A DNA stretch of 64,000 nt from positions 420 through 64,419 of the forward strand of contig JADZDP010000016.1 in the NCBI GenBank assembly GCA_020850995.1, in the 5' to 3' direction. The first letter of the stretch is position 1, and each line of letters begins with the position of its first letter. Below, piece after piece: positions 31,938-41,510 of the stretch. The notes beneath the pieces were generated by a model, which made no database searches, was not told the origin of the DNA, and was given only the letters and a program-made list of their open reading frames with translations. Position numbers and translations under genes: made by a program. Origin of the DNA: Deltaproteobacteria bacterium. GTDB lineage: Bacteria > Myxococcota > UBA727 > VGSZ01.

Positions 31938-32984
31938 GTGGCCTACCGGAGCGTCCGAATCGAGAGCCTCGCCTTCGAGCTGCCACCCCACCGGGTGAGC
32001 TCCAAGGCTATCGAGGACGAGCTGCAGCCCACCTACCGGCGCCTCGGTATTCCGGCCGGGTGCATCGAGACCCTCGTCGGCATTCAAGCGCGGCGCTTCT
32101 GGGATGACGACAAGACAAACAGCGGCCCGCCGGGTCGTATCGGCTCGTGCGCGGCGCGCGTGGCGCGCGCGGCCTTCGAGCAGACCGGGCGCGCGTCGGA
32201 GCTGATGGCGCGCGCGGGCGTCGTCATCTCTACCTCGGTCTGCAAGGACTACATCGAGCCCTCGGTGGCGGCGCTGGTGCGGGGGCAGCTCTCGCTGCCC
32301 GCCGACTGCGAGGCCTTCGACATCGGCAACGCGTGTTTGGGCTTCATGAACGGCATGGACCTCGCGGCCATGTGGATCGAGCAGCGCCGCGTCGACGTGG
32401 CGCTGGTGGTGGCCGCCGAGTCGAGCCGCCACGTGACCAGGCGAACCGTCGAGCGTCTCTTGCTGCCCACGTCGACCATGCAGGACTTCAAGGAGGCGCT
32501 GCCCACGCTGACCTTGGGCTCGGGCGCCGTCGCCATGCTGCTGGTGCACGAGTCGCTCGCCAGCACCGCGCACCAGCTCACCGGCGCGGTCAGCCTGGGC
32601 GATGGCGCCTCGTCGACGATTTGCCTCGGCACGCCCGACTGGATGCGCACCGACGCGCACAAGCTCTTGCACAACGGCGTGGCGCTGGCGCAGCGGACCT
32701 GGAAGCGCGCCGAGGACACGCTTGGTTGGTCACGCGACAACCTGGCGCAGTTCATCTGCCACCAGGTGGGCGCGACCCACATGGCTACGCTCTTTCAGAA
32801 GATGGAGCTCGACCTCGAGCGCGCCTTCCTCACCTATCCCGAGCTCGGCAACATCGGGCCCGCCGCCGTGCCGCTCACGCTCGGCCTCGCCGTCGAAGCC
32901 GGCCGCGTGCGCGCCGGTGATCGGGTGGCGCTCATGGGCATCGGCTCGGGGCTCTCGTGCATGATGATGGAGGTCCTGTGGTAG
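31938..32984 (+). CDS. oleA: OleA acyl-CoA:acyl-CoA alkyltransferase (thiolase/FabH fold)
   Basis: GTG 31938; EPSVA, FDIGNACLGF (catalytic Cys), CHQVG, GNIGPA; first of four ole-like genes. Confidence 0.88.
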   Translation: MAYRSVRIESLAFELPPHRVSSKAIEDELQPTYRRLGIPAGCIETLVGIQARRFWDDDKTNSGPPGRIGSCAARVARAAFEQTGRASELMARAGVVISTSVCKDYIEPSVAALVRGQLSLPADCEAFDIGNACLGFMNGMDLAAMWIEQRRVDVALVVAAESSRHVTRRTVERLLLPTSTMQDFKEALPTLTLGSGAVAMLLVHESLASTAHQLTGAVSLGDGASSTICLGTPDWMRTDAHKLLHNGVALAQRTWKRAEDTLGWSRDNLAQFICHQVGATHMATLFQKMELDLERAFLTYPELGNIGPAAVPLTLGLAVEAGRVRAGDRVALMGIGSGLSCMMMEVLW

Positions 32985-33985
32985 CTGCAGCGAAGCTCGA
33001 CGTGGACGCCTCGGCGCCGCGGGGCGGACACGACACCATCCTCGCCGACGAGGCGCCGACCGATCGCCCCTTCGCGCCCAAGGCCCGCGTGGTCCCCGCG
33101 CAGACCTCGTGGGCCGGCGAGTACCCGTTCCGCTCGCGCTGGCTCGGCGTGGGCACACGGTCGGGGCAGCACCTGTGGATGCACTACCTCGACGAGGGCC
33201 CGCGCGACGCCCCCGTGGTGGTGGCGCTACACGGTAACCCCACCTGGAGCTTCTACTGGCGCACGCTAGTGCTGGCGCTGCGTGATCGCTACCGGGTCAT
33301 CGTGCCCGACCACGTCGGCATGGGGCTCTCGGACCGGCCGCAGGCGTGGCCCTACCGGCTCACCGGGCACGTGGGCAACGTGCAGGCGCTGCTCGACGCG
33401 CTCGGTGTCTCCCGCTTCTCGCTCGCCGTGCACGACTGGGGCGGCGCCATCGGCATGGGCGTGGCGGTGGCCCGCCCCAACGACGTCGACAAGCTCATCG
33501 TCACCAACACCGCCGCGTTTCGCAGCAAAGACATCCCGCTCTCCATCGCCTCGGTGCGCATCCCCGTGTTCGGCAAGCTCGCGGTGCTCGGCTGCAACGC
33601 CTTTGCATGGGCGGCCACCATCCGCGCCGTCGAGAAGCCGCTCGCTCCCGCGGCCAAGCGGGGGCTACTGGCGCCCTACGGCAACGCGCACGATCGCATC
33701 GCCACCTTGCGCTTCGTCGAGGACATCCCCATGAAGGACGCGCACCCGTCGTGGGAGACCTTGGGCGATATCGAGCAAAAGCTGCCGCTCCTGAAGGACA
33801 AGCCCATGCAGCTCTTGTGGGGCGATGCCGACTTCTGCTTCACGCCCAAGTTCCGCAAGCGCTGGATGGAGCTGTTCCCACGCGCCGCCGTGCACGCGTG
33901 GCCCGAGGTGGGTCACTACGTGATGGAGGACGCGCCCGAGCGCGCGCTGCCGCTCATGCGCACGTTTCTCGACGGGCGGGGCTGA
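32978..33985 (+). CDS. oleB: OleB beta-lactone decarboxylase (haloalkane dehalogenase-like hydrolase)
   Basis: HGNPTWSFYW, VHDWGG, WGDADFCF, GHYVMED; overlaps the oleA stop. Confidence 0.88.
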   Translation: MVAAAKLDVDASAPRGGHDTILADEAPTDRPFAPKARVVPAQTSWAGEYPFRSRWLGVGTRSGQHLWMHYLDEGPRDAPVVVALHGNPTWSFYWRTLVLALRDRYRVIVPDHVGMGLSDRPQAWPYRLTGHVGNVQALLDALGVSRFSLAVHDWGGAIGMGVAVARPNDVDKLIVTNTAAFRSKDIPLSIASVRIPVFGKLAVLGCNAFAWAATIRAVEKPLAPAAKRGLLAPYGNAHDRIATLRFVEDIPMKDAHPSWETLGDIEQKLPLLKDKPMQLLWGDADFCFTPKFRKRWMELFPRAAVHAWPEVGHYVMEDAPERALPLMRTFLDGRG

Positions 33986-33987
33986 TC

Positions 33988-35640
33988 ATGGTGGCCGTTG
34001 AGCAGCGGCAGCACGCGCCGGCGCCGCTCACCAACGTGGTGGAGCTGGTGCGCGCCCACGGCGCGGCGCGGCCGGGCCTGCGCGCCATCGACGACAAGAA
34101 GACCGGCGTGGTGCGCAGCTTCGGCGAGCTGTGCCGAGACATCGAGGAGACCGCTGCCGCGCTGCGCGCTGCGGCGCTCGTGCCTGGCGACCGGGTGGCG
34201 CTCTTCGTCGCCGCCGGGCCCGAGTTCGTCACGGTGGTGAACGCGTGCCTGCACGCAGGTTTGGTGCCCGTGCTCATCGATCCAGGCATGGGCGCCGACA
34301 ACGTGCTCGCGTGCGTCAAGGAACAGGCGCCCAAGGGCCTCGTGGGTATCGCCAAGGCGCATGCCATCGCCGCGGTGTTTCGCGGCGCCTTCGCCTCGGT
34401 CAAGGTGCGTGTGCTCGTCGGTGGCTCCTTCTTCCCCGGCGCCAAGGCCCTCGACAAGCTGCGGACGCCGGGCGCCACCTGCGTCGTGCACCCCGGCGGC
34501 GCCGACGCGCTCGCGCTCATCGTGTACACCTCGGGCAGCACGGGCGCCCCCAAGGGCGTGCAGAACACGCACGGCGTGATCGCCGGGCGCGTCGAGGCAA
34601 TCCGCGCGATGTGCGGCATCGAGCCCGGCGATATCGACGTAGTGGGCTTTCCGCCCTTCGGCCTGTTCTCGGTGGCGATGGGCATGTGCGCGGTCTTCCC
34701 CGACATGGACTTTCGTTTCCCGGCCAAGGCCGATCCGCGAAAGATCCTCGCCGCGATGCAAGGCGCTACCAACGTCACCGCCTCGCCCGCGCTGTTCGAG
34801 CCGCTGTCGCGTTTTCTCGTCGATAGCGGCACGAAGCTGCCGGGGATCAAGCGCATCATCACCACCACCGGCCCGGTGCGGTCCCAGCTCGCCGAGCGCT
34901 TCCTGCAAGCCCTTCCCGACGGCAACGTGTTCACGCCCTATGGCGCCACCGAGGCGCTGCCGGTGGCGCTCGCGGATGGCCGCAGCGCCCTGGCCGAGAC
35001 CGGCGCCGCCGCCCGCGCGGGGCAGGGGAACTGCGTCGGTCAGCTCGTGCCCGACGCGCACGTGAAGATCATCGCGATAACCGACGAGCCCATCGCCACC
35101 ATGCGTGGGGCGCGCGAGCTGCCCCCGGGCGAGATCGGCGAGATCGTGGTGCGCGGCGCTTGCGTCGCGAAGAGCTACGACACCGGGACCGACCCGCGTG
35201 GCGCGCGCGCGAACGCGCAGGCGCACATCGCGGATCCCTCCGTGCCCGAGGGCTTCTGGCACCGCATGGGCGACGCGGGCAAGCTCGACGAGCAGGGCCG
35301 GCTGTGGTTCTGCGGGCGCAAGGGGCAACGGGTAGAGACCGCGCAGGGCACGCTGCACTCGATCCCCGTGGAGGCCCAGGTGGAGGCGCTCTGGCCCGAG
35401 CGCGCCGCCCTGGTGGGCCTGGGTGAGCGCGGCAGCCAACGCGCCGTCGTGGTGCTGGAGGCTACCCGGGGAACGCCGCGCTTCGATCGCGCGCGCATGC
35501 GTGAGGCGGTGCGCGCGCTACCCGGCTGCGGCACCGTCGACGACGTCCTGTTGCACGTAGGCGCGTTTCCGGTGGACCGCCGGCACAACGTCAAGATCGA
35601 GCGCGAGCAGCTCGCGCGCTGGGCCGCAACGCGTGGGTGA
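33988..35640 (+). CDS. oleC: OleC olefin beta-lactone synthetase (AMP-forming)
   Basis: YTSGSTGAPKG, TPYGATEALP, WHRMGDAG, WFCGRK, DRRHNVKI. Confidence 0.9.
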   Translation: MVAVEQRQHAPAPLTNVVELVRAHGAARPGLRAIDDKKTGVVRSFGELCRDIEETAAALRAAALVPGDRVALFVAAGPEFVTVVNACLHAGLVPVLIDPGMGADNVLACVKEQAPKGLVGIAKAHAIAAVFRGAFASVKVRVLVGGSFFPGAKALDKLRTPGATCVVHPGGADALALIVYTSGSTGAPKGVQNTHGVIAGRVEAIRAMCGIEPGDIDVVGFPPFGLFSVAMGMCAVFPDMDFRFPAKADPRKILAAMQGATNVTASPALFEPLSRFLVDSGTKLPGIKRIITTTGPVRSQLAERFLQALPDGNVFTPYGATEALPVALADGRSALAETGAAARAGQGNCVGQLVPDAHVKIIAITDEPIATMRGARELPPGEIGEIVVRGACVAKSYDTGTDPRGARANAQAHIADPSVPEGFWHRMGDAGKLDEQGRLWFCGRKGQRVETAQGTLHSIPVEAQVEALWPERAALVGLGERGSQRAVVVLEATRGTPRFDRARMREAVRALPGCGTVDDVLLHVGAFPVDRRHNVKIEREQLARWAATRG

Positions 35641-35653
35641 TGAGGGTGGGGGC

Positions 35654-36700
35654 ATGAAGGCGCTGGTCACCGGTGGTGGCGGGTTCGTCGGCAAGGAGTT
35701 GGTGCGCATGCTGCGCGCCCGCGGCGACACCGTGCGCGTGCTCGCGCGCGGCGACTACCCCGAGCTGCGCGAGCTCGGTGTGGAGACGGTGCGGGGCGAC
35801 CTCGCCGACAAGGCGGCGGTGGGCAAGGCGGTCGCCGGCATGGACGTGGTCTTTCACGTCGCCGCCAAGGCCGGCATCTGGGGCGACCCTGACGAGTTCG
35901 AGCAGAGCAACGTCAGCGGCACACAGAACATCATCGACGCCTGCATCGAGGGGGCCGTCGAACGGCTGGTGTACACCTCGTCGTCGTCGGTGACCTTCGC
36001 CGGCACGGACGCCGTGGACGCCGATGAGTCGATGCCCTACCCGAGCAAGCACTACTACGACTACGGGCGCACCAAGGCCGAGGCCGAGCGCCGCGTGCTC
36101 GCCGCCAACGGCACGCCGCACAAAGACGCGAAGGGCAACAAGTTGCCCAGCGTGCTGCTTACCTGCGCGCTGCGCACGCCACTGATCGTGGGCGCGGGCG
36201 ACCCCCACCTGGTGCCGATGATGGTGAAGCGCGCGCGCGCCGGGCGCATCGCCGTGCTCGGCCGGGGCGATAACGTCGTCGACATCACCTACGTGGAGAA
36301 CGCCGCACACGCGCACCTGCTTGCGGCCGACGCCCTGGCGCAGCCGAACCCCAAGCCCGCGGGCAAGGCCTACTTCATCGCCAACGGCTCGCCGATCAAC
36401 CCCTGGCAATGGGTCAACGCGCTCTTGCGCGAGATTGGCGTCCCCGAGATCACGCGGCGTGTGCCCCTGGGCCTGGCGGTGGCCGTAGGTTCCGTCGCCG
36501 AGCTCGTGTGGCGCGTCTTCAGGCTCAAGGGCGAGCCCTTGATGACGCGCTTCGCGGCGCTGCAGCTCGCCACCTCGCGCACCTACACGCTCAAGGCCGC
36601 GCGCGCCGATCTTGGCTACGAGCCTATCGTCGACGACGCCGAGGGCATGCGGCGCATCCTCGCGTGGCTCAAGGCTGAGGTCGCCGCGGGGCGCATGTAG
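35654..36700 (+). CDS. oleD: OleD 2-alkyl-3-oxoalkanoate reductase (NAD(P)-dependent extended SDR)
   Basis: LVTGGGGFVG, FHVAAKAGIWG, YGRTK, TYVENAAHAH. Confidence 0.88.
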   Translation: MKALVTGGGGFVGKELVRMLRARGDTVRVLARGDYPELRELGVETVRGDLADKAAVGKAVAGMDVVFHVAAKAGIWGDPDEFEQSNVSGTQNIIDACIEGAVERLVYTSSSSVTFAGTDAVDADESMPYPSKHYYDYGRTKAEAERRVLAANGTPHKDAKGNKLPSVLLTCALRTPLIVGAGDPHLVPMMVKRARAGRIAVLGRGDNVVDITYVENAAHAHLLAADALAQPNPKPAGKAYFIANGSPINPWQWVNALLREIGVPEITRRVPLGLAVAVGSVAELVWRVFRLKGEPLMTRFAALQLATSRTYTLKAARADLGYEPIVDDAEGMRRILAWLKAEVAAGRM

Positions 36701-36706
36701 CCACGC

Positions 36707-37546
36707 TCACTTGATGGGGCTCAAGAGCTCGGGCTTGGTCACCAGCTCGCGCACGCCGTGCCCGTGCTTCTCTTGGTACTTGTTGGTGGCGCACCACTTG
36801 GCGAAGTCGTGGATGTTGAGCGGCGTGCACGTGGGGCGCACGCTCCAGCTCACCTGCAGCGGCGAGCAGTGCTTGTTGGAGAACTTCGGTCCTGTGGTGG
36901 AGCCCGTGTAGCGCACGGCGCCCTCGTCGCTGGTCACGGGCGCGCTGCCGTTGAAACGGACGGTGCCGTTCTCGGCCAACAGGAACACCTGCGCCTCCAC
37001 ACGCAGCTGCGGGTTCGCGCACGACTCGGTCATGCAGCCCTGCAGTCCGCCGCCGAGCGGCTTGACGCCCTTCGCCGTCAGATCGCAGGTCGTGTACACC
37101 CAGTGCGCCTCGATGGTGTCGCCGGGCGCGACGCCCGCGCAGCCCTCGTATACCTCGTGATCGTCGCGCGGCGCGTGGCGTGGCGGCGGTTGTTGGCAGG
37201 CCCAGCCGGAGTGCTCGCCGTCCTCGACGAAGATGGAGTAGGCCGACGCGCGGTGCTCGGCGAAGCGATGGAAGTGCACGTTACACAGGTGCATCTTGGC
37301 GAGCTCGGGCGTCTGGCTGAACAGCACCTTGTTGTTGCCCTCGTGCTTCGAGATGTCTCGCGGCGCTTGCGGGCCGGCGGCGACGCACTGGTTCATCGGC
37401 ACGGGAACATCGGCAGCTCCGTGGGGGGCGTCCTTGCTGCTTGTGGTGCCCTTGGTGTCCTTGCCATGCTTGGCGTCATCGGCGCTGGCGGTGCTAGCGC
37501 AGAAGGCAACGAGCAAAGCGGCGACGAGCGGGAGCGAGCGAGCCAT
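36707..37546 (-). CDS. Secreted delta-class carbonic anhydrase
   Basis: Signal peptide; GPQAPRDI, LCNVHFHRFAEH, GDTIEAHWV, NPQLRVEAQV, GSTTGP, QVSWSVRP, HGHGVRELV. Recognised from memory of the family. Confidence 0.8.
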   Translation of the reverse strand: MARSLPLVAALLVAFCASTASADDAKHGKDTKGTTSSKDAPHGAADVPVPMNQCVAAGPQAPRDISKHEGNNKVLFSQTPELAKMHLCNVHFHRFAEHRASAYSIFVEDGEHSGWACQQPPPRHAPRDDHEVYEGCAGVAPGDTIEAHWVYTTCDLTAKGVKPLGGGLQGCMTESCANPQLRVEAQVFLLAENGTVRFNGSAPVTSDEGAVRYTGSTTGPKFSNKHCSPLQVSWSVRPTCTPLNIHDFAKWCATNKYQEKHGHGVRELVTKPELLSPIK

Positions 37547-37687
37547 GGGGTCCTTCCTCGGGGCCGCGCGCACGCACGCGGTGGACGGCGCCGCATAGCA
37601 CCTTCTCCCGATGGTCTCGAGGGCTCCGAGCGCTCGTCGCAACCGGAGGCCCCTTCGCGCACCTCGGAATCGGCGCTAGCAGGGCGC

Positions 37688-38146
37688 GTGGCACTGACGG
37701 TGACGTACCAAGCGGAGCGAAACGCCGTGGGGCTCCTCGACGATCGGGTCCTGCTGTTCGCGCGCAGCGCGCGGCTGGCCCCGGCGGCGTTGGACGCGAT
37801 CGAGGCGCTCGCCGCGACGCACCGGCCACTGGCCAGCGCGGAGCGCCCCTTGGGTGCGCTGGCGCTCGTCGTCGGCGCCGCGGGTCTCTCGGAGAACAGC
37901 CTCCTCGAGCGCCAACGCGTGTTCTTGCGGGAGCTGCGCGCGGCGCCGCACGTGTGGTTCGCCTTCTGCATCGTTGGCGACGGCGTCCAGGCCGTCGCCA
38001 TGCGCGCCGTGGTCCGCGTGCTCATGCTCGGCAGCTCGGGCATGCGCATGTTCACCGACCAGGCGTCTGCCGCGCGCTGGCTCGGCGAGCGGGTCGGTGT
38101 AGATCCCGCGGCGATCACCGGTGCGCTCGACACGCTGATGCCGTGA
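37688..38146 (+). CDS. Small STAS/SEC14 (SpoIIAA-like) hypothetical protein
   Basis: GC3-rich frame; FAFCIVG..AVAMRAVVRVL...MFTDQASAARWL pattern. Start uncertain (37688 or 37700). Confidence 0.6.
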   Translation: MALTVTYQAERNAVGLLDDRVLLFARSARLAPAALDAIEALAATHRPLASAERPLGALALVVGAAGLSENSLLERQRVFLRELRAAPHVWFAFCIVGDGVQAVAMRAVVRVLMLGSSGMRMFTDQASAARWLGERVGVDPAAITGALDTLMP

Positions 38147-38181
38147 GGCTGCACCGCTCGTGGCTCGCCTGCGTCGAGGCG

Positions 38182-38607
38182 CTATGGGCTCGCCTGCACC
38201 ACCCCGTCCACCCACGCGACCAGGCGTCGATAGTCGAAGTCCGCGTCGTCGACGAACACCTCGACGTCGGCATGCCGCGACCGCGGCTTGACAACGAGCA
38301 GCGACTCGGCCGCATGTTCGATGTCGGCGGTGAACAGCGCGGCGCGCAGCAGGTTGAGGCGGAGCTCCTCGTCCGTCAGGGGCGTGTCGACGAAGGTGTC
38401 GTCGTCGCTCAAGCGATAGCGGTGCACCTCGAAGACCGCGAGCGGGCGTTCGCCGTTGCCATGGCAGCTCGCGTTGGCGCAGCGCGCGCCGAGCACAGGT
38501 TGTGCGAGATCGACGAAGGGCTCGAGCTCTGTCTCGGGCATCGCCTGCGTGGCGCTCAGGTCGACGCAGGCGGAGCAAAAAGCCAACGCGAGCACCACCA
38601 GTCTCAC
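38182..38607 (-). CDS. Small lipoprotein with a CX4CH putative heme motif
   Basis: MRLVVLALAFCSA-C; PFVDLAQPVLGARCANASCH; 4-nt overlap with the upstream gene. Confidence 0.8.
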   Translation of the reverse strand: MRLVVLALAFCSACVDLSATQAMPETELEPFVDLAQPVLGARCANASCHGNGERPLAVFEVHRYRLSDDDTFVDTPLTDEELRLNLLRAALFTADIEHAAESLLVVKPRSRHADVEVFVDDADFDYRRLVAWVDGVVQASP

Positions 38608-41510
38608 GGGGCCCCCGCCGCAGCGCTCGTGCCGACGAAGGTGGCGCCGAGCTCGATCCAGCGCACGAGCAGCACGAGCTCGTCGGGCCCAAGGGGCGCG
38701 GTGCCACCGTGCTCGCTGGGGTGCGCTTGGCCGGGGCGTGCCAGCGTTCCCGGCGCGTCGAGCTCGCGCCCGAGCAAGAGCTCCACGAGGTAGCTGGTGC
38801 GCGCCCGCCCCTCGGCGTCGTCGACGAAGTCGCGTCCGCCGCCGGAACGCGTTCCTGGCGTCAGCAAGCTCTGGTACGCGCGTGTGAAATGCGCGGTCTT
38901 CGCGCTCGAGAAATCGAGCGGTCCGCTGCTGTCGTGACAGGCGGCGCAGCGCGCCTCGAGGAGGGGCGCGACGTCGCGACTGAAGTCAACCTCCATGCGC
39001 GTGGCGTCGCCGACGAGGGGCGGCTCGATGGGACGCCGCGGGTTCTGCCGCTCGAAGCGCGCGAGCGACAAGGAGGCGCCCGTGATCGCGTCGGGGACCT
39101 CGTGCTCGGGGGCTACCGAGGCCCCCGATGGTTCCCCGTGGCACGCCGCGCAGCTCGCGCCGTAGCGCGCGGTGCCCGCGGCGGCCGAGATGCCCTGCGT
39201 GATCACCTGCCCCGGCTGCGCCGAGTACCAGCGGTTGTGCATGGTGCCGATGGCCATGCCCCCGTCGTCGAGCGCCTGCAGGCGGAAGGCCACGCCGGCG
39301 GGCACGCGGGCCTGGAAGCTGCCGTCGGCCTCCACTGGGAGCTCGCCGAGGATGCGCGCCGGACCGTGGACCCCGAGCGCCGTTGCCTGGCGCGCGCTCG
39401 GCGTCATCGGCAGGTGCTCGATCAGGCGCACGCGCGCGATCCCCGTGAGCGGCTCCTTGCTGCCCGAGGGTGCGAGGTTCGACAAGAGCGCGTCGATCAT
39501 CGGCATGCCTTGGTGGCGAAAGACCGCAGTGTCGTCGTCGATCGGCGCCAGCGCGGGCTCAGCGCGCACCGGGGCGCGCACCCAGAGGGGCTCGGGATCG
39601 CTGAGCGCCACACCCGGCTCGTCGAGCAGCACCACGCGCTCGGCGACGAAGGGTCCCGAGCCGTCGCGGGCCTCGTCGAGCGTGACCAGCTCGATGCGCG
39701 AAACGAAGGGCGCGGTGTCGTCGTTGACGTCGATGGGCGCCGGCACGTGGGCCACCAGCGCCCGGCCGTCCGCGAGCGGCGCCGGGTCGCGGAAGGCGCC
39801 CTCCTCGTCGACCACGACCAGGGGGCGGTCATAGCGCTCCAACGCCGGCGTGCTCGATGCCGAGCGCTCGTTGATCTCGGGGCCGAAGTTGCGATCCACC
39901 ACCACCAGGGCGCCAGCCTCGAAGCGCGAGCTCAGCGCTCCCTGAATGGCCAGGTAGCGCCCGTCGGGCAGCTCGCGCATGTCGTAGAGCAAGGTGGCCA
40001 CCGGCGTGACGCCGAAGTGCTGGTGGTACTCGGTGCCCAGGCTCGGCGGGAAGCGGAAGATGTGCGCGCGCGCCTGGCCCGGGAGGGCGTCACGCAGTGC
40101 GCTGAACGCGACTTCGCCGCCGGCCTCGCCGCCCACGTCGAAGAACACGGGCTTGCGCTCGAGGTGCGGCGTGTGTGTCCAGCGCCGCAACACGCTGGTG
40201 GCGAGGTCGATGGAGTAGAGATCCGCGTCGAGCAGGCCGCCCTGGTCTGCCACCACGCCCGCGCGCGTCGACACGAACCACGCGCTGCCGTCGGGGCCGA
40301 AGGTGGGATCGCGGTCGGTGGCGATGCCGCCGCCGGGCAGGGCGCCGTTGTCGAAGGTGAGCTGGCGGGCCTCGCGCGTGTCGAGCGCGAGCAGCCACAG
40401 GTGGTGTCCTTCGTCGGCCGAGCGGCGCATGGAGAAGAGCAGCTGCGTGCCGTCGCGTGACACGGCGGGATCGCGCAGGTCGGCGGGCCCCTCGGGGTGC
40501 AGCGGCGCCGTCAGGTTCTCGAGCGCGCTCGGTTGAAGCGATGCGTCGCCAACGGAAGCGAGCCACAGGTCGCTGCCCGGCGTGAAGGTCGCGAGGTCGA
40601 ACGGGTGCTGCGGCGCGATGGGGCCGCGCACGAACACGAAGCCGCTCACGAGCGGCGCGTCCTCCGCCGCGCAGTCGAGCCCGGTGCGCACGCGGCGCTC
40701 GGCGCAGGCCCAGCGCACGATGGCGCCGGCGCCCTCGCCCGGAGCGCCGCGATAGAAGTCGAAGTTGCCGCCCTTGTGCACGATGCCCGCGCCCAGCGGC
40801 AGCGACTTGCGCAGCACGCGCGACTGCCGCGGGTCACCGTCGAGCGCGAGGGCGCTGAGCGCCTCTTGGTAGTTGTGGCGCGTGGCCGCCGCCGAGAATA
40901 CGCCGCGGTAGCCGATGTCGAGTTGGAAGGGGATGGCGCCGGCCTCGGGCCCGTGGCAGCGCGCATTCATGCACGAGGCGCGCGCGAGCACCGGCTGCAC
41001 CGTGTCGGCGAACTGCTGCTCGAGCTCGCCGAGCGGCTTGGGATCTTCGCCGCCGCCGTCCTCGCGCTCGATCCACGCGCGCAGCGCCTGGAAGCTCGGG
41101 TCGTTCGGGCTCGCGAAGGTGGTGCCGCCATAGTGGCCCACGCCGCCCTGGTGCACCGAGAGCGGCTTGCGCAACAGCGACGACAGCTCCGGGTCCTCGA
41201 CGGTGTTGATGGTGCGCTTGGTGGCGTCGTAGGCCTGATCGAGCTCGACGAGGCGCCCGCGCTCGTCGAGCCGGAACAGCAGCTGGTCCCAATCGACGAC
41301 GTCACCCGCGGCCTCGGCGCCCGGCGCAACGCCGTGACAGGAGGCGGCGGCGCAGCTGCGCTCGAGGATGGGCACCACCGCGCGCTCGAAGAGCAGCCGG
41401 CCCGTGGGCTGGGCCGAGCAGCCAAGCGAGAGCGCGGCCAGCAGCGCGCCGGCGAGCGGCGCGCTCGCCGGCGCCCGTGGACCGCTCGGGGGGCCGGCGC
41501 TCGGGTTCAC
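38604..41510 (-). CDS. Large multiheme lipoprotein: CX4CH cytochrome domains + PD40/TolB-like propeller + hydrazine synthase alpha-like middle domain + CxxCH domains
   Basis: GTG 41510 overlaps the upstream TGA. Lipobox LSLG-C; CAAASCH, CMNARCH; DPAVSRDG, DPTFGPDG; GELPVEADGSFQARVPAGVAFRLQALD; two CAACH. Confidence 0.85.
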   Translation of the reverse strand: MNPSAGPPSGPRAPASAPLAGALLAALSLGCSAQPTGRLLFERAVVPILERSCAAASCHGVAPGAEAAGDVVDWDQLLFRLDERGRLVELDQAYDATKRTINTVEDPELSSLLRKPLSVHQGGVGHYGGTTFASPNDPSFQALRAWIEREDGGGEDPKPLGELEQQFADTVQPVLARASCMNARCHGPEAGAIPFQLDIGYRGVFSAAATRHNYQEALSALALDGDPRQSRVLRKSLPLGAGIVHKGGNFDFYRGAPGEGAGAIVRWACAERRVRTGLDCAAEDAPLVSGFVFVRGPIAPQHPFDLATFTPGSDLWLASVGDASLQPSALENLTAPLHPEGPADLRDPAVSRDGTQLLFSMRRSADEGHHLWLLALDTREARQLTFDNGALPGGGIATDRDPTFGPDGSAWFVSTRAGVVADQGGLLDADLYSIDLATSVLRRWTHTPHLERKPVFFDVGGEAGGEVAFSALRDALPGQARAHIFRFPPSLGTEYHQHFGVTPVATLLYDMRELPDGRYLAIQGALSSRFEAGALVVVDRNFGPEINERSASSTPALERYDRPLVVVDEEGAFRDPAPLADGRALVAHVPAPIDVNDDTAPFVSRIELVTLDEARDGSGPFVAERVVLLDEPGVALSDPEPLWVRAPVRAEPALAPIDDDTAVFRHQGMPMIDALLSNLAPSGSKEPLTGIARVRLIEHLPMTPSARQATALGVHGPARILGELPVEADGSFQARVPAGVAFRLQALDDGGMAIGTMHNRWYSAQPGQVITQGISAAAGTARYGASCAACHGEPSGASVAPEHEVPDAITGASLSLARFERQNPRRPIEPPLVGDATRMEVDFSRDVAPLLEARCAACHDSSGPLDFSSAKTAHFTRAYQSLLTPGTRSGGGRDFVDDAEGRARTSYLVELLLGRELDAPGTLARPGQAHPSEHGGTAPLGPDELVLLVRWIELGATFVGTSAAAGAP

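Noticed and set aside
38604-41510. Interpretation as true hydrazine synthase / anammox
   Set aside because: No hzsB/hzsC or hdh nearby. Only the middle-domain-like segment matches, and the context is iron uptake.
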